A stretch of 64,000 nt of DNA from the human T2T-CHM13v2.0 reference genome, Homo sapiens. Shown here one piece after another: positions 24,329 to 39,177 of the stretch (its first letter is position 1; the number at the start of each line of letters is the position of its first letter). The stretch lies in assembly GCF_009914755.1 (NCBI RefSeq), contig NC_060942.1; one strand, written 5' to 3'. The notes beneath the pieces are model-generated. The model was given only the letters and a program-made list of their open reading frames with translations, was not told where the DNA came from and did not search any database. Both the position numbers and the translations under genes were made by a program.

Positions 24329-24991
24329 AATTCCTCCTTTCTTGTTGTGGTGCTAGATTGAGCATTCTTTTTGTTCTAAACTTTTGTGATGCTCTAGTCA
24401 TCTGTGATAATAAGAAGTGGCTGCTCTTATCGCATTTTAAACTTGTGAAATCCTGTGGCTCTCTCTTCTCCAGCAGTGCTGTTCAGGAAGGGTCAGTACA
24501 AGGTTATGTGCAGGAGCACTCAACACAGCCCGCAGAAATACACGAGGGAAGTGGGCAGCCAATGGAGTGCACACTGAAAGAATCAGCAACGCGGGGCTGT
24601 TATATATTAGTGATATTTTGGCATGAACATGACCCTGGCTTTTATTGTGTGGTCTTTCAGAAGCTGGGAAACCAGCCTTTTATTGGTCTGTTCCTCAGAG
24701 TATTGCATCCAGCACACTGTGCTGTGGTCTTTACATCTTAAGGTGAATGTGGTAAAATTGGAAAGGGACCACAGATGAGCAATGGAATTGATTAAAGGCA
24801 TGAAAAATGGGACTTATGCCTTAGGAAATGTCCAAGGAGTTGGGGCTGCTTTAATAGAGAAAAAAAAACCTGAAGGAGTTATTCGTAGGCGTGAAAATAT
24901 TAAATATATTGTTTAAGTGGCACTGATATCCCTTTTTGAGCAGACTTAAGCAAGTGGATGGAAAACATTTAAATCAGACACGAAAGAATAG

Positions 24992-25283
24992 TTTTTTTTT
25001 TTAAATGGAGTTTTGCTCTTTTGCCCAGGCTGGAGTGATGTGGCGTGGTCTCAGCTCACTGCAACCTCCACCCTCTGGGTTCAAGTGATTCTCCTTCCTC
25101 AGCCTCCCGAGTAGCTGGGATTAAAGGCACCAGCCACCATGCCCAGCTAATTTTTGTATTTTTAGTAGAGATGAGATTTCACCACATTGGCCAGACTGGT
25201 CTCAAAGGCCTGACCTTAGGCGGTCCACCAGCCTCGGCCTCCCAAAGTGCTAGGATTACAGGTGTGAGCCACCGCCTCTGGCC
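24992..25283 (-). mobile_element. Alu
   Basis: Complete antisense Alu. Confidence 0.93.
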
Positions 25284-25839
25284 AAGAACACCTTTTTAAT
25301 AGGAAAGAGTACTGAACACAGGAACAGGTCTCTTAAGGAAAGTGAAGAATGCCTCTTTTTCACCATTTACAGACAGACTAGATGACCACATGGACTGGAT
25401 ATTTGAGGTGTAGGCTGAGACTGAGTAAATATTTGCCAGCTGGGCCTCAACCCCTCCTGGCAGGAGGCACCCTTGAGGCCTCACCCACACCGTATTTTCT
25501 GTGGTCTCAGCTCAGCTGTCACCCATAGGAAGATGTCAGCAATGTACTCTCCTGATTTAGAAGGGTTGGGATACCTTGATTACCTGTCTTAATATTAGCC
25601 TCCCTCTCCAATTTCTCCTTTAGCCATTTGTTCCATGTTTCAGGGTATACCAGTTTTCCTGATATGAGCAGCCTGGCTGACTACTGCTAGATCTCTTGGG
25701 TCAGTTGTGGCCACAGTAAATGGACACTCAGTAGTGGTATATAACTATGATCCGTGTGTATTGCAGGGGACAGAATCATTTGGCACAGCTACTGGTTGTC
25801 CTGACACACACAGGTGGAAAAATATGGTAAAGAGACTTA

Positions 25840-26137
<298 letters not shown>

Positions 26138-26138
<1 letters not shown>

Positions 26139-26280
26139 ACCAACCAACCAACCAACCAACCAACCAACCAACCAACCAACCAACCAGCTAACTAACCAAC
26201 CAACCAACCAACCAACCAACCAACCAACAAACAAACAAACCAACGAACCAACAAACCAACAAACCAACAAACAAACCAAA
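26138..26280. repeat. (AACC)n grading into (AAAC)n microsatellite
   Basis: About 140 bp derived from the Alu tail. Confidence 0.95.
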
Positions 26281-27958
26281 TCACTGGATTTTGAAGACCA
26301 TGGTTTACAGTCTAGTTCTGCTGCCTACTAGCTCAGTGAACTTAGATGAGCCACTCAAGTTTTCTGAGAAAATAACAATAAGGATGAAAATAACAATGCT
26401 CAATTCACTGCGATTTTATGAGATTTTAAGGAGATGAAAAAGTGCTCTGTGAACTGTAAATTCCTGTGCAGCGGTCCGTCTTGTGTGGCCAGTGTTAGCC
26501 TTTAATCCCACTTCCTGGCTTCTGGTCCCTGGAACTCTCCTCTGCTCCCTGCTCCCTGGCTCCTGGGATCAGGCTGCTGGACTGTGCAGGTGTCTGATTT
26601 CCTCCTCTCAAGTAAGATTCGGGGTTTCTCAGGTCTCTCCATATGTAGCCTTTCTTCTCATCATTCTTTCAGGATTCTAATCCCAAAGGGGTGACAATAG
26701 GGGGGCAGTAGAGGGTTGACCAGATAAACGAACCTTTCCAGTCACTCATTTTAAATGGGCAACCTTTGCCAGATAACACAGTGTCTTGATCCAGGTAAAA
26801 TATGTGTGTTCATTAAGAAGGCTCTCAAAGACTGAAGGTGCTGCTGGTGATGACTGGAAACTCAGGCTTGTGTGTGAAGCTTTTGGAGGAGTGATTCTGG
26901 TCAGCAGGCCCCATCACTCCCCAAGTTACACCAGGCAGTACTTGCCTGTGAGGCTCAGTGTGAATGGCACTGTCTGAAGAGAAGCCAGGGCCTGGGGGAG
27001 GGTAGGTCTTCCTGTCTTCCCCTCAACATGTGTGCCTGCACAGGCATACACAGTCTCTCTGAGGAGAATGGTCAATCCATAGAGGTTGGGCTGGGGGCAA
27101 GTCAGAGCTCAATTCTGAACATTTGTCAGTAAAATAATGCTGCCTCTTAAAATAGCTCAAAGATGTTTCTGTGCAAGGTGCTTTTGTGGATATCTGCCTA
27201 TAAATAAATATATATATACATTATATATATATATAAAACCTATGTCTAAGCAGAAGGTATATCTTTAGCTGCACTATGTATATAAACACATATTCAAGCA
27301 CATGCCCAAATATAAGTCATCATGAAACAAAAATGATTGAAGTCACATAAGTTACAATATTTATGTCCTGAGGATGGCTAAACTTAGCTACAACATCTAA
27401 TTTGCAGTGACGTCTTTCTTTAACAAGTTTTATAAGAGGGATGATTTAAGTCAGGGAAGAGCAGTGACTCATTCACATGGTGGGCCAGTGGCTGAGCTAT
27501 GTTTAGAATAGAAGGGATGCTAGGATCTTCTGGGGCTTAGATTTTTAACATTAAGTCATTTTGCTCTTCCACACTGTTTTTTTTTTTTTAATCATTCACT
27601 TAGGTAAAACCAGGAACTTGTAATGCAATAGTAAAATTCTCATTTTCCTTACTTAATTAGTTCACTTTATATAACTCTCTGTTTCAGGTTCTTCTTTTGA
27701 GACTCCATTCAAATAGTTTGGGCTTATTTTGGTTGTTTTGCAATTTCTGATATGAGATTTTACCAGATAGTTTTTTACCTTTCAATTATGATAAAGGCAA
27801 AGGCCTTCAGCAATTACATATAGAAATGGAGAGACAGTTGGGAAAAGTAAGAAATTCTCTTGCCCCAAAGGGACAAAAGAGTCAATTCTTTTGCCCCAAA
27901 GGGAGGAGTTAATGATCTGAATAATACAATACTTGACATGCATTCAAAAAACATTTAA

Positions 27959-28232
27959 GGCCAGGCATGGTGGCTCACGCCTGTAATCCTAGCACTTGGG
28001 GAGTCCAAGATGGGCAGATCACTTGAGGTCAGGAGTTTGAGACCAGCCTGGCTAACATGGTGAAACCCCGTGTTTACTAAAAATACAAAAAAATTACCCA
28101 GGCATAGTGGTTCACGCCTGTAGTCCCAGCTACTCGGGAGGCTGAGGCAGCAGAATCGCATGAATCCAGGAGGCAGAGGTGGCGGTGGTGGAGTGAGACT
28201 CTGTCTCAGAAAACAAAAACAAAGACAAAACC
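27959..28232 (+). mobile_element. Alu with right-arm deletion and TSD
   Basis: TSD AAAAACATTTAA at 27947-27958 and 28233-28244. Confidence 0.93.
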
Positions 28233-28807
28233 AAAAACATTTAATACCTGAAGGCAGTACTAGGGCTACCAGGGAGAGAGGGATTACCCTCAAGGAGCTC
28301 ACATGTTTTTCTTCTGTGAGAAAGATGGAAATGCAAACAAGTAATTACGAGGTAAGAAGAGAAAAATGAAGTTATAAAAATCGCTGTGGGAACCAGGAGG
28401 AGGGACTAACCCAAATTAAAGAGGCTGGGATCTAGACAGTGTCAGAGAGGAGCAGACTGGGGTTTATGGAAGTCAGGGTAGGAGAGCCATCCCGGGCAGC
28501 CACTAGTATGTGCAAACGCTTGCAAACAAGGTGTGTGCGGAGCAGCCAGGCCGAAATGAGTCTTCTTTGGATTTTAATAGCTAGGGCTGTTTAAATGCAC
28601 AAAGCCTCCACCTGGAATTGTTCCAAGGGAGGTGGGGTGGATGGGGCAGAGGGAAGGTGTCTGGAGGCCATAACCATGTAAGATGTTAAAAATCCTTCTC
28701 TGATTCTTAAGATTTTCCAGAAATGAGGATTCAGATACTCTTGCTTCTGTTAAGGTGACGGGTAGGTCAAGACTTATGACCTAAGCGTCTAATGTACCAT
28801 GGCGTAG

Positions 28808-29165
28808 GGTAGTGGTTCGCAATCTTGACTGCACTCTGGAATTACTTGGGGGAACTTTAAATAAATCTTAGCAGCCAGGCCAATTAATTAGAATACAAGG
28901 GTGAGGGAGGACCCAGAGACAAGTATTTTTAAAGCTCTCCAGGTGATTCCAATATACAGCTAAGATTGTGCATCAGTGGTACAGGGCAAAGTAGTTTGCA
29001 AAGTGTGGTCCCTGGACCAGCGGCATCACCTGGGACCTTATTAGAAATAAAGATTTCTGGTTCCTACCTGATGCCTACTGCATTAAGAAATCTAGAGGTG
29101 AGTCCCAACCATCTGTGTTTTAACAAGCTTTCCAGGTGAGCATGCTAAAATTGGAGAATTGTTTG
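28808..29165. mobile_element. Two adjacent MER5-like hAT fossils
   Basis: AAGCTCTCCAGGTGATTCCAAT and CAAAGTGTGGTCCCTGGACCAGCGGCATCACCTGG...TTTAACAAGCTTTCCAGGTGA. Confidence 0.7.
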
Positions 29166-30496
29166 TCTGAAGAGACCATTTGTTCCGATAACTTCATTTT
29201 CCTAATCGACTCAGCAACTTCAAGCTTCACTGATTTTTCAATTGCAACCGCTGCTGCCATAACCTTACCTGGCAACAAAGAGGCTCTTTTCTTTATGGCT
29301 CCCTGGTCTGGGTAAGAATCAACAATTTCTTACTTGTTCCACTTGGTCAGATTGAAATTTTCAAAAGGACCTTTACTATAGGAAAGCAAAAAGGAAACAA
29401 ATGATATTCAAAAGCATAAAAACCATTGGTTGCTTAGCGTGTTGAGAACTGAACATTAACAAAAATCCTCCACTTATTAATTCATTTAAAAAAATGTGCA
29501 TTGAACATCAGAGACACAAAGATAAAACTAGAAAAACCCCTAACATGAAGGGGCTCAGGGTTCTCGGGAAAGACAGATATAAATAAGTGTGTGTAAAGCA
29601 ACATAAGAGGTGCCACCGTGGAAACCTCTTCTTCACAGGACTCATCAACAGAGTTGGGGACAGGTTTTGTGGGATCCAAAGTTTGCTCATTTTTCTGAGG
29701 GAAGCCTTTTAAAGAAAAGAATACAAAATTATGATAAAACATTAGCTGCAGGCCTTGAAATGGGGCCTGAAGTGGCAGCTTCTTGAGCTTCCGGGTAAAT
29801 GTGCCTCTGGTATCACAGTTTAGGTGGTAGCCTCCTCAGGACGGGGACTGTGTTAATCTGTCTCACCACCATATCCTCTGTGTTTAGCACAGTGACTGGT
29901 ACTTAGCAGTGCCTTAATAACTATTTATCAAAAGAAAGAGTAAATCTGTTATAGTCTAAGGAGGAGACATAAACTAGTTCTGTCCTTGTTCAGCTGGAGA
30001 AACCCCCAATTGTAATTATTTTGGCTTGACGTTGGTCTCATGGAAGGCCTGGAGATATATCTTTCTTCCAGAACTCACTCTTCTCTTTGACGTGCCTTCC
30101 ATGAAACCTGGACTGTCTATACTGATATTATTACCTGGTTCTGTCTTTCCCGCTAAAGCCTGGTCCATTGGGTGAGAAAGTTCTAACTTCAAGAGCCCTA
30201 ATCCGAGTATTAGGTTTCTTTGCCGGAATGTCACTGAATCATCTTTCATCCATTGAGAAGCTTCTTTGCTCTGACCTCTGAAACTCTTTCACTTTCTCTT
30301 GATCTGAACCTCAAGGTAAGGTTTGATTTAGTGATGCTTATTCATCAACCAGATGACAATAGCTGGTTACGTCGACTGGTTAAGCTTGGCTTTCTCATTA
30401 GTGTCTTTGACTATAATCTGGCTCGATGTTCATATTCACCGTGTGACTCAAAATGGTGAACTCCATTTGTTTCTCGCCACAGAGGATTTACGTCCA

Positions 30497-30650
30497 TTTT
30501 TTTCTTAATTTTTTATTTTTTATTATTATGGGTACATAATAGTTGTATACATTTATGGGGTACATGTGATGTGTTGATACAGGCATACAATGTTGTAATG
30601 ATCGAATCAGGGTAATTAGGGTATCCATCAACTCAAGCACTTATAATTAT
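30497..30650 (-). mobile_element. L1MA-like 3' end fragment
   Basis: T-rich tail followed by GGGTACATAATAGTTGTATACATTTATGGGGTACATG. Confidence 0.8.
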
Positions 30651-31412
30651 GTCTATATTTTTCATCCTCATTCAGAGGATGTCACCCGTATCTGCTTCTC
30701 CCCCCTGTGATTGCCTATTCAATTTCAGCATTTGGTTTAAGGAGCGTATCAATTGAGACCTCCTTTGCATAACCACGATGCATGATGTGACCCATGATGC
30801 GTGACTGAGCCCAACTTATACTCAGTGCTTTTGCTTCTGTGATTCTCCTGAGAGTTTCTCATAAAGGCTACTTGGTATGGTTTCCCATTGCACCAACTAC
30901 ACCTCTAAGAATATAGGTTTTTAATGGCAGGGGCATGGTTCTCTTGCAAGTTTGGGACTGTGGTCCACGGGGATCTTCATATTTGCTTCTTTGTCTTGTT
31001 GCCTTTGGGATTTCTAGATGGTTTTGCTTGAATTGCTTAAAATTTCCTCTGTTTGTCCCACTTTACATTTTTCTCTATTGTTAAACATTAATTTGTTTCT
31101 ACTTTAAAAACGATTACATTCTGAGGTGCTGACAATATTCTCCTTCTTTATTTAGGTGACGGTTACATGGGTGAATTCAGTTTGTGACAATTTATTGAAC
31201 TGTAGGTTTATGGAATGTGCACTTCTCTGAGAATAATACTTTAATAAAAATCTATTATTAAATATTATGAAAATGTGCACATTTGTACACAAAGAATTTG
31301 TAAAATTTAGTTTTATAAGCATAGAACTACTGGATTATAAACTTTTTAAAGGTTCTTGCTAAATTGCTTTCAAAAGAGTATATCAGTTTAAATGTCCACC
31401 ATCAGCACTAAA

Positions 31413-31616
31413 TTTTTTGGGTGTTTTTGGAGACAAAGTCTTGCTCTGTTGTCCAGGCTGGAGTGCAATGGGGCAATCATATAGCTCACTGCAGCCTCTA
31501 ACTCTTGGGTCTTGCTATGTTGCCCATGCTGTTCTCAAACTCCTGGCTTCAAACTATCCTCCTGCCTTGGCCTCCCCAGGTGGTAGGATTACAGGTGTGA
31601 GCCACTGAGTCTGGCC
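31413..31616 (-). mobile_element. Internally deleted Alu
   Basis: Both Alu ends present, middle missing. Confidence 0.8.
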
Positions 31617-32054
31617 AGTACTAAATCTTATTAGTTAAAAAAACTTTGATAATATATAAATAAAATGTACATTATTCTAATTTAAATTTCTTTAAGTATC
31701 CATACAGTTGAACATGGCCCAATTTAGAAATTTTAAATTATAAAATAATTTCTTTGTATATTTACGTATACATATATACATGCACCCTTAAAGTAGATAC
31801 AAATTTGCATATATATACATATATGTAAATGTGTATGTTATCTATACCCATATACCTATTGTGGAAAAACTGGAAATGTAGAAGACTAGAAAGAAAAAAT
31901 CGGGCTGGATTAACTTTAAGCTCTGAGTGCTATGACCCTAATATCAGAAATTTCGTATCTAAGGCTATATAGCCAAAGTCATGATAAGGAGGCTGGGCTC
32001 AAAACCATCTCTAATTAGAACAGCCTTATTTTTTATTCTTAAATAAAAACCTAG

Positions 32055-32270
<216 letters not shown>

Positions 32271-32417
32271 TTCTGGACACATTTTAATCTAATTGAAAGC
32301 CATCCTGAACGAGTGGATCCTATTATTATGTGTCTATAAGTTATATCTACAAATAATTACTGCTCTAAAGATAAACAGATTCTCTTAGATAGAATTCCTC
32401 TATCTAGAATACCAGAG

Positions 32418-32668
<251 letters not shown>

Positions 32669-34285
32669 TTATAAAAAAAGAATTCCATTAAACACTCAAT
32701 GATGAAATTTTACTTATACTTTTAGTTGTATCTCACTGAAAAGGTTACAGTTTCTTTGTTATTTTGAGCACCTCAGAAAGCCTTGCTTGTTCTTGCACAT
32801 TCTGAATATTGTTTGCGGAACATTTCATTTTGGAACAAGCAACAATGGAAAGTCTGATGACTCTAATTCAGGAGTGTTTGCATCCCAGGAGGCTCATCTT
32901 ATCCCAAAATGTATCACTGTGTTTACACTTTCCAACTCTAGTTGTTCTCCATCTTTCATACAGAAGAACAAAATGCCTATTGCTCCCTCTCAAAGTCTCA
33001 GAGAATACTAATGCTATGTGTGTCAAGCCTTGCTAAGACTGGAACATTTCTCCACCAAGTGTTTATTTCTAACCAAGCTTTTAATGTCAGTTCTTGGGCC
33101 AGTTAACACCAGCCTATCTTAGGTTGGCTCCCCAGACGCAGACCCTGGAAAAAGGATTCTTGGAAGATGATGTACTTATTAGGAAGTGTCCCTTGTAAGG
33201 TTTTAGGAAGTGTGACTTGGAAGGGAGCGAAGCCAAGAAAGGGCACAGTGTGAAGTAAAGTCCTACAAAGAGGAACACCTGGAGTTCGACTCTTTTGGGT
33301 TGCCCAGCGGAGCAGTTTTCACTCTGCACCTGTCAGTCATAGGTTAAGGGGTCTCCTTCCACCCCTCACAACCTCTGACATAGATTCCCAGGCATTTGTG
33401 ACAATTTCTGCAGGCAGCAAAGTGGATTGACAAAGGAGACACAAATGCTTGCAACTGGGAATCAAAGTGCACTGGGAGCTAGTGAGCATGAAAACGGTAA
33501 TGGGATTTGAAGACAAATGAGAGGGTCATGGACAGCCTCTGCTGCATCAGCCTGCAGGTCACATGTGAGGGAAAGGAGCTGGGAAGTGGATGTTTTCATT
33601 CAGATAAGCTGACTCTCCATAGCTTTAGTTCCACAATCTCTAGAGGCCACTATTTCCCATTGCCATTACAGACAACATCTGGGAGGACTTTCGGGTGTGG
33701 GAGGGAAGTAATGACAATGATAATATAATTGAAGCTCATATTTATGTTATATGACAGGTTCAGCTAAGTGCTTGGCACATATTTCTTCATTTGCTGAAGC
33801 CCATAAAGTTTTAAGTAGCTTCTTCCAGGTCATTCAATTAGGTAGTGGCAGAGCTGGGTCTTAAGTGGTGGACTGAGAGGAAGTTCATGTTCTTAGTCTC
33901 TGTGCAGAGCTGCTCCTGACACATCCTCAGAGGCCTGTGAATCAGGGCTCTGCATTTGTCCTGCAAGGGAGAGGATCCAGAGGACAGGATTTTTAATAAC
34001 AATGAGGACACAATTCTTTCTTAGGGCACCATTTCCTTAACAACACTTACCATGACTTGTAATTCTACGTATTTTTGTTTACTTGTCTGTGGTCTCAGTT
34101 GCCTCAGTGTGTCAGCTACATGAGGGCAGAGATCAAGCTGCTAGGTCACCAAGGATCAGTGTGTCAGGAGTCAGTGAGTGGACAGCTCAGCCTCTCCCTC
34201 CTACTCCCAGACTGTGATCAACTGTAGGGACAGGCTCCTTCCTCTATTTACCTAAGTAAATTTGAAGATTAGATTTTCTATGTAA

Positions 34286-34630
<345 letters not shown>

Positions 34631-35244
34631 CCTGGACACATTATTTAATCTCTTTGAGCATAATTTTTCCTGGTGAAAAGTGGGGATAGTTGTACTTACT
34701 TCAAAAGGTGTTGAAATGACTCAATGTGATAATTATAGAGAGGGCCTGGCTTATAATAGGACACACTGAATGTCCACATTGAATGGGAAAAAACACGACT
34801 GCTGTGAGGGAGGCTGGAAGAGGGGCTTTGTCATTTTCCCTTTGAATTAGAACCAGAGATTCAGACTTTACAAAGGGCTCTTGGCTTTGTGTCCCACAAG
34901 CTTTTTTGTGCCTGGATTGTGGGTCAGGCCTAGGTAGGCTGTGCACGTGTCTGAGCCCCATGTGGAGCCACAGGGCTCGGGTGCCCTAGCTGCACTGAGA
35001 GTTGACAGAGCCCCACCCACCGCCATTCGTCGGATAGATGGGTTTCACTGAGTGTGTCGTACCTCAGCCACATGACTTAGATCCTGGAGAGAAGCAGGTT
35101 CCTGAAGGCACTTCCATTAACCACTTAATACGCTTAGGAGCCAGTAACACTGGCAGCATCAGGTTATTAACCAGAAAGTATTTCTCAAGTAGGTTGAAAC
35201 ATATTTGTTTCCCTACTCTTCCTGTCCATTCAGAGCAGATGCCT

Positions 35245-35258
35245 GTTGTCATGGTAAC
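35245..35258. promoter_or_regulatory. Candidate RFX X-box
   Basis: GTTGTCATGGTAAC within CTGTT...AACAG palindrome, next to a CAGATG E-box. Confidence 0.45.
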
Positions 35259-36466
35259 AGAAACAAGAGCAAGTAAGAGTTTTTGAGTGCCCTAAACGCT
35301 TTTGTGCAAGAAGAAGGGTGAGGTTGATCTGAAATGTGGACTTGAAATATCATTTTCATCTCCCTCTATATATAGAGGGCAGATGTCATGATTGTTTCTG
35401 AATCCATTCCCTCAAAATAAGCACATTCTGTTACTGTATTTGAAGATTAAAGGAAAGAGAACGGGAGATGGAGAGAAAAGAGGTTCTCCTTTTTCCCTCT
35501 TGCATTTTCCTAAACTATTTCATCCAGGGATATGCTTCTGGAAACCTTTTCCCTCTCTCTTGGGCACAGGGATTCTTAATAAACACACTTACCAGTTTTG
35601 AGAAAATTTATAACTTTTTCTCCCTGTGGTCTCTGCATTTAAAAAATATGTAGGCTAGGTTCTTTCTTTTTTTAAACATAGATCTGATTTAACTAAACAA
35701 ACAAATAAACAAAAAATATTGGATTTGGTTTGGAGTTTGATAAAGAGTGAATTTTACTTATTTTTTTTCTGTCTGATTCAAAGTATGTTCCCTGTTCTAG
35801 GAATCTCTCCTTCAGTCTAGACCCCTTTTGCCCCCTTTCAGCGATGAGGTTCTTATCTTGTGCCTTCTCGGTTCTGTCCCTTTCCTTTTCAAGCTGCACA
35901 GACACACCGGATAGTCCTTTATACAGCACACTCCTGGCACAGTGTGCACCTCATGGGCTCCACTCTCGTGCTTCACCCATCTCCCTTTGCAGTCTCTAGG
36001 ACTCAGCTCACTTCCCTCAGTCCCATCATGGAGTTTAGACTTCCTGATTCCAAGTTATCCCCTCAATCCTGTGTGTGAACTCCTGTGTGTGTCTGTTGTG
36101 GGTTTGTGTGTATGCGTGCATGCACATGTGTGCTGAAAGACATCAGTCCCCCTATTGGTCATCTCTATGACCAATAACATAAGAGATTGCCACAGGAAAC
36201 CTAAGGTTGGATACCTGAGGCTAAGGTGGGGCTGGGCAAAGATAAGAACTAGAGGGCCTAAGACCAAGAGGAGGTGGAGCTTGGGAGAGGACTGTGGTGC
36301 TGGAGGCAGGAGAGCTCAGTGGCAGAGACCAGGCACTGTGCAGGCTTCTGAGCCTGCTGGCACCCAGGATTCTATCCTTTCCAGCTGTGGAAACTTGGAC
36401 AATTTATTGAACTTCTTTAAGCTTCAGGTTCCTCATCTGTAAGATAAAATAATTTTAGTACCTACC

Positions 36467-36824
36467 TGATATGGTTTGGCTGTGTCCTCACCCAAATCTC
36501 ATCTTGAACTGTAGCTCCCACAATTCCCATATGTGGTGCGACGGACCTGGTGGGAGATAATTGAATCATGGGGGTGGTTTCCCTCTACTGTTCTCATAGT
36601 AGTGAATAAGTCTCACCAGATCTAATAGTTTGATAATAGGTTTCTCCTTCCTTGGCTCCCATTCTCTCTTGCCTGCTGCCATGTAGGACGTGCCTTTAAC
36701 CTTCTGCCATGATTGTGAGGCCTCCTCAGCCATGTGGAACTATGAGTCCATTAAATCTTTTTTCTTAATAGATTACCTAGCCTTGGGTATGTCTTTATCA
36801 GCAGCATGAAAACGGACTAATACA
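36467..36824. mobile_element. THE1-type solo LTR (ERVL-MaLR) inserted in a MIR
   Basis: TGATATGGTTTGGCTGTGTCC...AACGGACTAATACA, TG...CA termini, 358 bp; MIR sequence on both sides (about 36340-36466 and 36825-36915). Confidence 0.92.
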
Positions 36825-38574
36825 CTGCTGTAGAGTTTTTTGAGTATTAGTTGAAATAACATGCATACAAATTACCTGGTGTTGTACCTGGCCCATGCTT
36901 AATGCTCAATATTATTATTATTTGTTAACAGTACTACCCCTGTAGATTAACTTTGTCAATTTGTATAGGCTGCCTTTCAAGAGAAACTGTTTGTCTGGAC
37001 CAAGTACCTCTCTTGGTAAAGTTTGAGAGCATAAGAAATTTCAAAGGTTTAAATAGGCAGTTCTTAACTTGTGATACTTTATTAAGCACTTGTGGTATAT
37101 TTGGATTTTTGAAGTTCAAGAAAAAAATTGAGAAAAAATGCTTAACATTTGCAAAAACAAGGGACATGAGTATAAATAAAGGTTCACAAATCATAGATCT
37201 AAATACTGATAAATCATACATCAAGCTACCAAAATGTAACTCTGTTGTAACTTCCCATCTTGACACATACATCTTCATGACAACCTGGAAGGCAGCTTTG
37301 AATTGAGAATTTTTGGACTCCTTGGCAGTCTGTACAGGAATGTGGTGGCACAGCGAGAGCAAGCCCTGGTCCTCGGCCTGAGGCCAGCCCCTTCCCTCCC
37401 CATCCCCGGCTCTGTCTTGCATGCAGTGGTGTGGGCCTCCCTCCCTCTCGTGCAGACCACTTCTCAGGCCTAGTGGGGAGCACTCTAGTCATGGGCTCCA
37501 CCCTCTGGAGGAAGGACCCTGGAAGTGGTGTTGCACAGGCTCCAAAAGCAGGTTTGGGGTCGTTTGACCTGGAAATCCTGGGGTCCTAGATACTCAAAGC
37601 ATGGTCTAGGAGAGGGTGTGGGCTTCAGGCCCTGTGGGCTCCCCATGAGGAGGGTTACAGCTGGACAAGCACCAGAGTTGTGACAACTCTTGCCTGGGCC
37701 TAATGGACACAATTTCCTACCTCTACTGATGGAAAAGAAGTCTGGTAAACTTAACTTAAACATTAAAAAATTCCTGTACAAACATAATGAAGGGCCGATG
37801 AAAGCACATTAATAGTCTGTATTTAACAAATAAGTCTAGTTATGCATTACCATAATTTTATTCTGGTAGCAGAGTTGCTTTTGTAGTATCAGTATCTCAG
37901 TGCTCACTTATGGTTTAATAAAGCATATTTAGAATCAATACCATATGTTGCAGAATTAATTAAAAACATCATTTGTATTTCTGCTGTCTAAAACATGAGT
38001 CACAGATTCACAGATTTTAACAGTTCATTCATTCATGCCACAAATATTGGGTGCCTATTCAATAAGTACTTGCCAGGTACTGTGCAAGGCACTCTACATA
38101 CTATCAGTAAAATAGAGAATGACTAGATCTGCATTTTATAAACAACTGACACAGGCATTAAGTTGGAAATTCAGGCTCAGAGATGGGAAAGTGTAGGAGT
38201 TTTCTGGAGATTATGAGGGTAAATATCTGCTTAGGAAATATTTCTTGATTTATAATATGTTCTTTTTTTTCAACAATAGCACTTTATTTGCACTTGCTTA
38301 AAAATGTGAATTAGGAAATTTAGAAGCATTCTTCTTAAAAATGGCTCTTCTCTGTGGATCCCAAAACCTGACCATCTGAACTTGTCTTTTGTCTCTCTGG
38401 GTCATGTTTTAAGCGTGTAGACCTGGGATGACCTGACTGCGTGATGCTGGGGCACAAGGTGTGGAGGGGCGCTTATATAATGGTGGTCTTATCGCAGGCA
38501 TTTAGGTGAATGCCAGTGTCTCTCTCCAGAGATGAAGGAACTGGGATATGGCAGTAACTTTGAGGGTGGATCTT

Positions 38575-39177
<603 letters not shown>

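Noticed and set aside
27853-27904. 21-bp direct repeat AATTCT(C/T)TTGCCCCAAAGGGA, 31-bp period
   Set aside because: Only two copies, spacer wrong for an EBF site, not a CRISPR-like array; simple local duplication.
36934-37422. Overlapping 117- and 162-aa ORFs in AT-rich DNA
   Set aside because: No recognisable homology or exon context; a processed pseudogene cannot be supported without a database search.
37674-37690. Perfect 8-bp inverted repeat AGAGTTGT-G-ACAACTCT
   Set aside because: About one such palindrome is expected by chance in 64 kb; it may lie in an old DNA-transposon fragment.
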